A stretch of 64,000 nt of DNA from an uncultured Gemmatimonadales bacterium (GTDB taxonomy: Bacteria > Gemmatimonadota > Gemmatimonadetes > Longimicrobiales > RSA9): contig CAWCUS010000006.1 of assembly GCA_963798845.1 (NCBI GenBank), positions 416,001 through 480,000 on the forward strand, given 5' to 3'. The translations under genes and the position numbers were made by a program. Shown in pieces: positions 1 through 8,900 of the stretch (positions are counted from its first letter, which is position 1; each line of letters begins with the position of its first letter). The notes under the pieces were generated by a model. It did not search any database. It saw only the letters and a list, made by a program, of their open reading frames with translations, and was not told where the DNA came from.

Positions 1-1
1 G

Positions 2-244
2 AAGGACGCACGCTTCCGGTTCTTCGCGTGGACGGTGGCCTGTGTCCCGCTTCCGCACGCGTGGGACGCCTCGCCCGCGGGGCGAACGATCCGGAGGATC
101 TCCAGGGAGGCGCACGCCGCTGGCGGTCTCGGGCCGGAAGCGGCCGCGGCGCTGGATCGTGCAGCAGCCGCGGTGTACGGACTCGGGGCGGAGGAGGTGG
201 CGGCGCTGGAGCGGTTCGATCGCTGGCTGCGGGGGCAGTCGTGA
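2..244 (+). CDS. 3' end (partial) of probable N6-adenine DNA methyltransferase / type IIG-like RM protein
   Basis: Open frame from window edge KDARFRFFAWTVACVPLP...LDRAAAAVYGL..EEVAALE resembles the C-terminal specificity tail of Eco57I/TaqI-like MTases. Its stop overlaps the next GTG (GTGA). Catalytic motifs are outside the window. Confidence 0.5.
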   Translation, partial: KDARFRFFAWTVACVPLPHAWDASPAGRTIRRISREAHAAGGLGPEAAAALDRAAAAVYGLGAEEVAALERFDRWLRGQS

Positions 245-774
245 CCCCGTCGCTCATCGATGAGGCCTCCCGTCCCACGGTGCGCGAGCGCTTCGGCGCG
301 GCCATGGCGTCGGCGGAGGCGATCGACGTGGCCGTCACCCGGATCCGGCTGGCCGCGCTCGACCTCACTGCGCGGGAGCTCGGAGGCGTGCGGCGCTGCC
401 GGCTGCTCCTGGGGGAGCTGGACGCATCGACGCTGCTGGACGCGGCGGAGCGAGCGTCCGCGCTGGGCCGCCTGAGGGCGTTCGCGGCGAGCGGACGGCT
501 GGAGGTCCGGTCGTCGGGCCTGGGCGCGTGGGCGCCCGACTTCTGCGTGGCGCGTGGCGGCGGTGGGGTGGTCTCGATGGTGGGCGCGATCTACTTCGGA
601 AACCCGCGACTCCTGACCGGTCCTGCCTTCACCCTGGTGGCGGAAGAGGTCGAGTGGGCCGAGCTGCTCTCTTCCCGTTTCGAGCGGCTGTGGGAGCGCG
701 GTCATGACGTGCTTCCCGCGATTCGCCGGGTTCTGGACCGGGCCGATGGAGTGGACGGAGACCGGTCCGCGTGA
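241..774 (+). CDS. Phospholipase D-like (nuclease-fold) domain protein with degenerate HKD motif
   Basis: GTG at 241 coupled to the upstream stop. Pattern IDVAV..IRL / RLLLG / LEVRS / SMVGA / FERLWE matches PLD-like domains usually fused to SNF2 helicases, but HxK is replaced by WAPDF. Confidence 0.55.
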   Translation: MTPSLIDEASRPTVRERFGAAMASAEAIDVAVTRIRLAALDLTARELGGVRRCRLLLGELDASTLLDAAERASALGRLRAFAASGRLEVRSSGLGAWAPDFCVARGGGGVVSMVGAIYFGNPRLLTGPAFTLVAEEVEWAELLSSRFERLWERGHDVLPAIRRVLDRADGVDGDRSA

Positions 775-3400
775 CCTGGCAGCCCGCATCCTCACCGAGC
801 TCTTCCGGGACGAAGGCACCAGCGCCCGGAACGACATGCCGGGGGCAGCGGGCCCCGCCGCGGTTCGCCTTCTGCCGTTCCAGGAGGAGGCGGCGATCCG
901 CGCGCGCGCGATCCTCGGTCGGTACGGCGGCGTGGTGGTGGCCGACAGCGTCGGGATGGGCAAGACCTACGTCGCCCTCGCCCTCGTCGCCGACGCGCTG
1001 GAAGCGGGAGGGCGAGCGGGGCTGATCGTCCCCGCGGCACTCAGGCCGAAGTGGTCCAGTGCGTTGAAGCCGCTACGCGACGGCCACCCGGGCTCGGTGA
1101 CGCTGGCTTCGGACGCGTCGCTCAGTCGCGGGACCCACCCTCGCGAGCTGGCCGCCGTCGGGCTCGTCGTGGTGGACGAGGCCCACCGCTTCCGCAACCG
1201 CGCGACCCGCCGGTACGCGGCGCTTTCGCGGCTGGTGGCAGCGCACCCTGTCGAGCCGCAGGGAACGCCCCCGCGCCTTGTCCTGCTCACCGCGACGCCC
1301 ATCAACAATCATCCTGCCGACCTGTACCATCTGCTTCGCCTCTTCGCCCGCGACGACGAATTTCGCGAGCTCGGGGTCCCGAGCCTCGTGGAGGCGTTCG
1401 GGGCGCCGGGGGGCGGGCGCAGTGGCTCCCCCGCGGACCTGCCCGCGATCCGCCGCGTCGCAGACGAGGTGGTGATCCGGCGCACGCGGGCAACGGCCCG
1501 GGTCGGAAGCGGCCGACGCGGCCCGGACGGGGCGGTGAGCGGGGCCCTGACCTTCCCGAGGCGACTTCCTCCGCGCCTGGTCCGCTACGATGGGGCAGCG
1601 CTGCGGGAGGCCGTCAGCGCGATCACGCGGCTCGAGCTCCTCGCGCACGAAGCCGGAGTGACCGCGGGGCGCGGGGCCTCCGCCGGCGGAGAGGTTGCCG
1701 GAGATCTGCACGCAACGGCCGGGGCCGCAGACCTGGTGCGGCTGGGACTGTTGAAGCGTCTGGAGTCGAGCCGCGCCGGGGCGCTGATCAGCGTTCGGCG
1801 CCACCTCGGCTTCCTCCGTGCGTTCAGCGATGCAGCCGTGGAAGGTCGGCTGCTCGCGCTGCCGCATCTGGGCGGGCGGCGGGCCGGCGAGGCCGATCCG
1901 GCGCAGCTGATGCTCCTCGGTGTGGTCGCCCGACCCGCTCCTCCTGGCGTCGATCTGAGGTCGCTGCTCGCCTCGGCCGCCCGCGACCGCGCGATCCTGG
2001 AACACGTGGCGTCACTGCTCTCCGGCCCGGACCCTAAGATCGAGCGCTGCCGCCTCCTGGCACTCGAAATCGCCGCCGAGCGAGTGGTGGTCTTCACGGA
2101 ATTCCGGGACACGGCCGCGGCGCTGTGGCGGGCGCTCGCGCCGGACGTGCGGGTGGCGCGCATCGATGGCAGCGGCGCCTGGCTGGGGCTGCGCCCGGCG
2201 AGCCGCGCAGCCGTCCTGGCCCGGTTCGCTCCCGGAGCGTTCGGGCGCCGGGAGCCGGCCGCGCGCGAGCGGGTGGACGTCCTCATCGCCACAGAGGTGC
2301 TCGGCGAGGGCATGGACCTCCAGGATGCCCGCCACGTGGTCAGCTTCGACCTGCCGTGGAACCCCGTGCGACTGCTCCAGAGGATCGGCCGCGTCGACCG
2401 TCTCGGGTCGCCCCACGCGGAAGTCGTTCCCCACCTCTTCGTCCCGGACGGAGCCCTGGACGCGGTACTCGGCCTCACCCGCCGCGTCCGCCTCAAGCTG
2501 GAGGGGATGGCGGGCACCGTGTGGCCAGAGGGTGCGCTCGAACTGCTCGACAGCCTCGGGCGGGGCCGCCGCGCGGTGGCCGAAGCCCTCGAGCGCGCCG
2601 ACCGACGCGAGCACCAGGACGCGCTCGAATCGCTGCGCGTGCTGCGCCGATCGCTGGACCTGCCCGGCCAGCTGGACCCGGTCGGGGAGCGGGCGCCGTC
2701 GGCGCCGCGAATGGCGGCCGGAATGGCCGTCGTCGGAACGCCGGTCGTGCTGGTGTCCGTCGGCCGCAGGCGGTGGCTGCTGGAGCTGAACGACGAGTCC
2801 GGGGGCTGCACGCTCCGCCCGCCCGGCGCCGACGGGATCGAGACGATCCGCGGCGCGCTCGATCTTGCTTGCCCTGCCGCCCCCGTTCCTCCACCCGTGC
2901 TCCGCGTCCTCGACCGCCTGGCGCGCGAGCTCGCCGCCCGGACGCTCGCGCGCGGAAGGGCGCCCGCGACCATTTCCCGGGCCGGCCCCGCCGCCCGTGC
3001 CGCCCGCTACGTGCGGCGCGCTGTCGAGGCGGAAGGCACCGCCGCCAGCCCCACCGCACTCGCCCTCGCCGACGACCTGCTCCGTCGCCTCTCGCGCCCG
3101 CTGCTCCCACCGGTCGAGGCTGACCTCGAGCGGCTGATGCGCTCGAGCAGCCGGATCCATGGCCTGTCCGCCTGGCTGCGGGCGCTGCGTGCGACGCTCG
3201 GCCACGAGGCCCCCGCACCACCCACCGTGCCCGCTCGCCCCTCCGCCCCCAGGGTTGCCCGGGCCGGGCAACGCGACGGGCGGGAAGTTACGGCATCCAC
3301 GGACTCGCCCACGGCCTCGCAGCCGATGCTGATCCTGGCGCTCGTTCCTGCTTTCACAGGCCCGCGAGAGGCCGTTGACCACCGCCTCGAGGTCGATTAG
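746..3400 (+). CDS. SNF2-family (SF2) helicase
   Basis: Motifs ADSVGMGKT (I), DEAH (II), TATP (III), VFTEFRDT (IV), ATEVLGEGMDLQ (V), QRIGRVDR (VI). ATG at 746 chosen within ORF 704..3400. Confidence 0.9.
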   Translation: MEWTETGPRDLAARILTELFRDEGTSARNDMPGAAGPAAVRLLPFQEEAAIRARAILGRYGGVVVADSVGMGKTYVALALVADALEAGGRAGLIVPAALRPKWSSALKPLRDGHPGSVTLASDASLSRGTHPRELAAVGLVVVDEAHRFRNRATRRYAALSRLVAAHPVEPQGTPPRLVLLTATPINNHPADLYHLLRLFARDDEFRELGVPSLVEAFGAPGGGRSGSPADLPAIRRVADEVVIRRTRATARVGSGRRGPDGAVSGALTFPRRLPPRLVRYDGAALREAVSAITRLELLAHEAGVTAGRGASAGGEVAGDLHATAGAADLVRLGLLKRLESSRAGALISVRRHLGFLRAFSDAAVEGRLLALPHLGGRRAGEADPAQLMLLGVVARPAPPGVDLRSLLASAARDRAILEHVASLLSGPDPKIERCRLLALEIAAERVVVFTEFRDTAAALWRALAPDVRVARIDGSGAWLGLRPASRAAVLARFAPGAFGRREPAARERVDVLIATEVLGEGMDLQDARHVVSFDLPWNPVRLLQRIGRVDRLGSPHAEVVPHLFVPDGALDAVLGLTRRVRLKLEGMAGTVWPEGALELLDSLGRGRRAVAEALERADRREHQDALESLRVLRRSLDLPGQLDPVGERAPSAPRMAAGMAVVGTPVVLVSVGRRRWLLELNDESGGCTLRPPGADGIETIRGALDLACPAAPVPPPVLRVLDRLARELAARTLARGRAPATISRAGPAARAARYVRRAVEAEGTAASPTALALADDLLRRLSRPLLPPVEADLERLMRSSSRIHGLSAWLRALRATLGHEAPAPPTVPARPSAPRVARAGQRDGREVTASTDSPTASQPMLILALVPAFTGPREAVDHRLEVD

Positions 3401-3403
3401 GTT
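3375..3403 (+). promoter_or_regulatory. sigma70-type promoter for tRNA-Asn
   Basis: TTGACC-17 bp-TAGGTT ending 11 bp before the tRNA. Confidence 0.6.
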
Positions 3404-3414
3404 CTGCCGTCTAT

Positions 3415-3487
3415 TCCCGCGTAGCTCAGCTGGTAGAGCAACCGGCTGTTAACCGGTTTGTCGCAGGTTCGAGTCCTGCCGCGGGAG
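3415..3487 (+). tRNA. tRNA-Asn (GTT)
   Basis: Cloverleaf: acceptor TCCCGCG/CGCGGGA, D-arm GCTC/GAGC, anticodon arm ACCGG-CTGTTAA-CCGGT, T-arm GCAGG-TTCGAGT-CCTGC. CCA not encoded. Confidence 0.97.
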
Positions 3488-3490
3488 CTG

Positions 3491-3540
3491 AACCGCCGCT
3501 GGGAGCCGGCTTGGCTCTCTGCGGCGGTTGCCTTTTCGTT
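3491..3540 (+). terminator. Intrinsic terminator after tRNA-Asn
   Basis: AACCGCCGC...GCGGCGGTT stem with inner GGGAGCC/GGCTCTC, followed by GCCTTTTCGTT. Confidence 0.6.
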
Positions 3541-3624
3541 GCGCCTGCCGGCAGTATCCGGAGCGGGAGACCGGCGCGGCGACTGCGTCACGGCTCGATC
3601 CAACCCAGGGGACGCGGTGAGGCC

Positions 3625-4179
3625 ATGACACCCCGGCTGATAAGGAAGGTCGACCAGCGGGCGCTCGGTGCGGTCCGGTTGGCGAAAGGGCTTCACACGC
3701 GGGTCATGGAACTGGCGCGGCGGCTGTCCGAGTCCCCTGAACGGAGCGGCTCCTCGGGCGGCGGCGCGGTCGTCCTCTTGACGGGCCCGGTCGGCAAGGG
3801 GAAGACCATGGCGGCGTCCATCCTGGCGAAGACATTGGGAAAGCCGCTCTACCGCGTCGACATGGGAGCCGTCGTCTCCAGGTACATAGGGGAGACGGAA
3901 AAGAACCTGGAGCGGGTCCTGGCGGAGGCCGAGCAGATGGAGGCAGCGTTGCTCCTGGACGAAGCCGACGCCCTCCTGGGAAAGCGGACGGAAGTGCGCG
4001 ACTCGCACGACCGCTACGCCAACGTGGAGGTCGGCAGTCTGCTGGATCGGCTGGAGAGGCACACCGCGTTGGTGGTCCTGGCCACGAACCTCCGCCACGA
4101 CGAACTCCACCCGGCGGTCGCCCAGAGAGCGGCCGAAGTCGTGGAGGTTCCGGCGGACGGCACGGAGGACGAGCTCTGA
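3625..4179 (+). CDS. AAA+ ATPase, Afp15/Pvc15-like (single AAA domain only)
   Basis: Walker A GPVGKGKT, SRYIGETEKNL, Walker B LLDEADALLGKRTEVRDSHDRYANVEV, which is the signature typical of eCIS ATPases. Confidence 0.8.
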   Translation: MTPRLIRKVDQRALGAVRLAKGLHTRVMELARRLSESPERSGSSGGGAVVLLTGPVGKGKTMAASILAKTLGKPLYRVDMGAVVSRYIGETEKNLERVLAEAEQMEAALLLDEADALLGKRTEVRDSHDRYANVEVGSLLDRLERHTALVVLATNLRHDELHPAVAQRAAEVVEVPADGTEDEL

Positions 4180-5177
4180 AGCGCCGGACTGTCGTGGCCT
4201 GCGCCGCCGTCGCGGTCACGGCCTGCGCCGACGCCGGGGACGCTCGCCCGCCGGACGCGGCGCCGGCCGGGGTGCTCTCCTTCGCCGTCTTCGGCGACGA
4301 TCCTTACAGCCGCGCCGCCGAGAGAAGGGTGGATGTCCTGCTGCGGGACGTGAGTGAGGCGGCTCCCGAGTTTCTGCTGCACGTGGGCGACATCGACGGC
4401 GGGAGATGCACGGACGAGGTCTACCTGCGCCGGCGTCAGCAGCTCGAGTCCCTGCCGGACTCGATCCCGGTGATCTACACGCCTGGCGACAACGAGTGGA
4501 CGGACTGCCACGGCTCCGGGATCGACCCGCTGGAGCGGCTGGCGTCGCTGCGTCGGGTCTTCTTCAGCGGGGCGTGGGCGGAGCGGAACCGCCGGGCGCT
4601 CGGACTGCTCACCCAGGAGGCGGCGGACGGGCTGCCGTACCCGGAGAACGCGCGCTTCGAGCGGGGTCCGATCGTGGTTGCCACCGCGCACTTCGTCGGC
4701 TCGCGCAACGGGATGGCGCCGTTCCGGGGCAGGACCGCGGCGCACGACAGCGCGGTGGCGGCGCGTACCGCGGCGTCGCTGGCGTGGATCCGGTCGGCGT
4801 TCGAAAGGGCGCGGGAGCGGGCGGCGCCGGTGCTCGTCGTGGCGTGGCACGCCGAGCCGTTCTTCGACGAGGAGTTCCGCCCGCTCCTGGTCCTGCTGGC
4901 CGAGGAGGCCGCGTCATTCGACGGCCGCGTCCTCCTGGTGCACGGCGACGACCACAGCTACACCCTGGACCAGCCGCTGACCGACCCGACGACGGGTGAC
5001 ACCCTCGACAACGTGACGCGGCTCGAGACCTTTGGCGACCCTGACGTCGGCTGGGTCCACGTGATCGTGGACACGGCGGCCGCCGAGCCGATCACCGTCC
5101 GCCCGTACCTGTGCGGCGGACGGTGGCGAAGCATGCTCGGGCTGCCCCTGCCGGGGCATTGCGCCAGCGCCAGGTGA
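4176..5177 (+). CDS. Calcineurin-like metallophosphoesterase, lipoprotein
   Basis: FGDDPY, HVGDI, TPGDNEWTDCH, VHGDDH motifs. The lipoprotein signal (M)KRRTVVACAAVAVTA-C needs a CTG start at 4176 (RBS GGAGGA); ORF track start is 4194. Confidence 0.8.
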   Translation: MKRRTVVACAAVAVTACADAGDARPPDAAPAGVLSFAVFGDDPYSRAAERRVDVLLRDVSEAAPEFLLHVGDIDGGRCTDEVYLRRRQQLESLPDSIPVIYTPGDNEWTDCHGSGIDPLERLASLRRVFFSGAWAERNRRALGLLTQEAADGLPYPENARFERGPIVVATAHFVGSRNGMAPFRGRTAAHDSAVAARTAASLAWIRSAFERARERAAPVLVVAWHAEPFFDEEFRPLLVLLAEEAASFDGRVLLVHGDDHSYTLDQPLTDPTTGDTLDNVTRLETFGDPDVGWVHVIVDTAAAEPITVRPYLCGGRWRSMLGLPLPGHCASAR

Positions 5178-5239
5178 TGGGGGTGGGGCCGTAGCGCTCT
5201 CCTCGACCGGCAAGCCCCTGACACGGAGGCACCGCGACC

Positions 5240-5863
5240 ATGGGACGCAGAACGCTGGGTTACTGCCTGATCGCTCTCGCACTGGGCGCCCCGGCCTGCG
5301 CAGCCGCGCAGAGCTGTGCCGATCCACACTTCAGGTGGCCCGCGAAGACCGACGCAACACTGGCGACCGAAACTGCGCGGCGGGGCACCGTGTGGGCGAT
5401 GCTGAACCAGTGGCAGCCGCTCGAATTCACGGGGGAAGCGAAGTTCCGGTGTGCCGATCGGACGGGGCTGGAAACCCGGGTCTACAGCGTACTGGGCTGG
5501 GTCCGGCGAGTGAGGAAGGGAGAAAGGGACGGTGACTGGCATTTCGAGCTGACGTCGCGCCCGGACAGCCCTGTCGGGGACTGCATCGTCGCGGAGATCC
5601 CGTCGCCGGAGTTCTCGGCGCTCTTCCGGGCGGCGCGTGAGTCGCTCGACCGGCTGGTCGCTGCCGGCGGAGCGACGGTGGCATCCAACGGGGATGTCAG
5701 CGAGCCGGTCCGTGTGCGCGTGGTCGGGCCCGCGTTCTTCGACGGCGAGCATCGTGGGGGCGCCGGGCGCCGGGACCGGACCGATGGTGCGCACGGGCGC
5801 TGCAACAGCTCGGATCGGGCGCTCTGGGAGATCCACCCGGTGTACTGGATCGTCGCACCGTGA
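5240..5863 (+). CDS. Secreted hypothetical protein, probable OB-fold
   Basis: Signal peptide; motifs DGDWHFEL, IVAEIP, VRVVGPAFFDGEH, WEIHPV; RBS GGAGG. Confidence 0.65.
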   Translation: MGRRTLGYCLIALALGAPACAAAQSCADPHFRWPAKTDATLATETARRGTVWAMLNQWQPLEFTGEAKFRCADRTGLETRVYSVLGWVRRVRKGERDGDWHFELTSRPDSPVGDCIVAEIPSPEFSALFRAARESLDRLVAAGGATVASNGDVSEPVRVRVVGPAFFDGEHRGGAGRRDRTDGAHGRCNSSDRALWEIHPVYWIVAP

Positions 5864-5938
5864 CCGCCGCGTGATCGCTGTGGCGGCCCATCGCGTTTGC
5901 CGCCGCCCGTCGAGCGGCCCAGCGGCAACCGCGCCGCT

Positions 5939-8900
5939 CTACGCCGGCACCAGGTCGAAGCTCGCGGTGAGCGTGCTGGTTAGGCCGCCGGGGACGCCGA
6001 CGGGGATCGAGAGGACCACGGGCACGGTCCCGGCCACGGCCGGATCGGCCGGGAAGCGGACCGTGAACGCGACGCCGGCGGTCCCGAGGAAGGCCCGAAC
6101 GGCTTCGCCCGGGTCATCGACGCGGGTCACGGCGGGCACCGGGTCTCCGGCGCCGGGCGCGTGCCCGTCGATCCGGGTGAGCGAGACGGCTCCCCGGAGG
6201 GCCGTGGGCACCAGCAGGACGCCCTCCGCACCCTGCGCGAGCTCGGTGAGCGCCGCGGCCGCGGGATCGGCGCTGCCCCGGAGCGGCACGGTGGCGACCA
6301 CGTCGACGGTGAACCGCCGGACGGGGATGTACAGGTCGCCGCCGAGGTGCGTGCCGAACGCGGCCAGCGACGGATCGGCGTAGCTGCCGGTGGCGGGGTC
6401 GAACGCATAGAACCGGCACACCTCCACCGGCTCACCCGCGCCATCGGTGTCCTGCGCCAGGAGCCGTCGGTCGTTGCGGATCCGGAGCACCGGTCCGTCG
6501 TCCGGCCGGGTGACGGTGGCCCGGAAGCGGCGAGCTCCGGCCTCCACGCCGTCGGGCGCCACGGTGACCAGCGCCTCCTGCGTGTGGACCAGCCGTATGG
6601 TTCCGCCGTCCGCCACTGCCTGCCCGTTCACCTGCACCACCACGTCGCGGGCCGTTACATCGAAGAAGACGGTCTGGCGCTCCCTGTCCTGTGCCTCTCT
6701 CGCCTCCTGCGCCTGCTGCGACGCGCTGGTCCCGCTCGGGTCGATGTCGTTCTCCACGGTGAGCCGGTGGCTTCCGGGCCGGGTGAACGCGGCGTAGCCG
6801 CCCACGTGGCGGACGGTGGTCGGGGCGTCCGGGATGTAGCCGAGCGCGGATGGGACGAAGCCGAGCGGGTTCGTGGCCGAAGCCAGCCCGCGCGGGCTCG
6901 AGGGATTCTTGGCGGTGAAGCGGTCGTAGAGCGCGGCGGCCGGGTCGGTCCCACCCGTCTCGACCGCGCCGTTCGGCTCGGCGGCCGCGGCGGTCGGGGC
7001 GCGATCCACCACCACGCGCAGCCGTTGCGACAGCCGGTGAACGCCTGGTCCGTCCTGGAAGGTCGCGTCGATGAGGCTGCTCGCGCGGAAGAGGGTCCAG
7101 TTCCGCAGCCGGGCGACGTCGCCCACGACCAGCTCGCGGTTCCCGAACCCGTCTGCGCCGCGGACCTCCCCGGTCACGCGTGACAGCGGCGTGTACAGAT
7201 CGCCGCTCTCCTGCGAGGCTTCCTGCTCGATGCGGGCCAGGTGCTCGGCGACGAAGAACCGGCCGTAGAAGACGTAGCCGAGGACCGGCAGCATGGACCA
7301 CATCTGGGTACCGACCAGGTAGCGGACGACCCGGAGCACCATGTTGAGCCAGGCGGGATCCGGCCCCACGGCCAGGCCGATCCGGCCCCAGGGGTCGAAC
7401 AGCCAGCGCATCCAGCCCATGCCCAGCTCGGTGGCCAGGTAGCTGTCGGCCTGCCCCATGGGGTCGCTCGCGCCCACCACCGCCACCCGCAGGCTGGTCT
7501 CGCCGCCCGTGACCGGGACCCTGTCCTCGATCTCGACCGCGTCCCCGTCCACGCGCATGACGTAGCTGCGGAACGTCTGGTCCCGGTAGCGGATCTCGAT
7601 CCGGTCCTGCTCGTGGAAGTCGCCGCCGTGGCCGGGCACCTCGATCCGGAAGGGGTTGTCGGGGTCCGGGACCGTGGCCGCGTGATAGCTGAACCAGGCG
7701 AACGCGTTCCCCGGGTCCAGGCTGGCGTAGCGCGCCACCTGGACGTCGCCATCGAAGGTCAGCGGCTCCTGGAGCGTCAGGAGGTCGCCCGCAACGCCGC
7801 CGGAGCGAACCACGGTGACGTCGCCCTGCCGGATGATCACCTGTGTGGCGTCGGCCAGCCCGCTCTGGCCCTCGGCGCTGGTGAGGCGGACGAGTCTGCG
7901 CTCCGGTCCCTGAACGCTGGCGGGGTACAGGTCGCCGCTGCCGCCAATGGCGCGGCCCAGCCCCCAGAAGAGCTTGCCCAGCGCCCAGAGGATCCCGCCC
8001 CACGTGGTGCCCACAACGCTGTTGAGCAGCCCGCCGTGGGTGAACAGCTGGAGCGCGTCGACGATCCCGCTCCACACGTCGCCGTCGTGGCGGTGCCGGG
8101 CGTGGACCGCGCCCGTGGGCGGAACGGCGGAGCCGTCCTTCGTGCGCAGGTGGAGCGTGCGCCCGTCCACGCCGCGGACCACGGTGTCCACTGCCGAAGC
8201 GCCCTGGACGATCTGGACGGTGTCACCCACGGACAGGCCCGGATCGGCGCCGTCGGCCAGGGCCAGGTCCCACGAGTGACCTGCCGCCGTGAGGGTCCCG
8301 TCGAAGAACGGACCGAACTCCGGCCGCTCGGCGTCCGTCGCCAGCTCCACCGGCAGCTCGAGGAGGAGCATGGGGAAGTAGCAGAACCAGAGCGGGCCCC
8401 AGCGGCTGTACTGGAGCGTGTGCGTGAGCTCATGGTCGGTGAGCGACTGCCGGCGGTCGATCTCGACCGTCTCGTCCTCCGGGACGAGCAGCGTGCCGGC
8501 CGACAGCGCGGCACCCGCGGCGGTGTTGCCGGCATCCCGATAGCCGGTCACCAGCACCAGCTCGCCGGCGGCCGAGGCGATCCCCGTGGTGTCGTCCGCG
8601 ATCAGGAGCGCGTCGCCGTCCCGGACGAAGCGCCCGGCGACGACGGACCCAAGCACGGTCACCGGCGCCAGGTCGGCGGTGCCGGAGAGGCCCGGGTCGG
8701 CGCCGAAGTCCACGCGCAGGTCCTGGCTCGCCGCGGTCACCACGGCGGGCCAGGTGCGGTCGCCCTGCACGATCCCGACGACGCTGTCCTCGGCGAACGC
8801 ATCCGGCTGCCAGACCGAAAAGTCGATCCGGGCGCCGGGGGCTGCGCCGGCCTCCCCATCCCGGGCGAGGAACGAACTCCCGTTGCCGGGGTCGTCGGGC

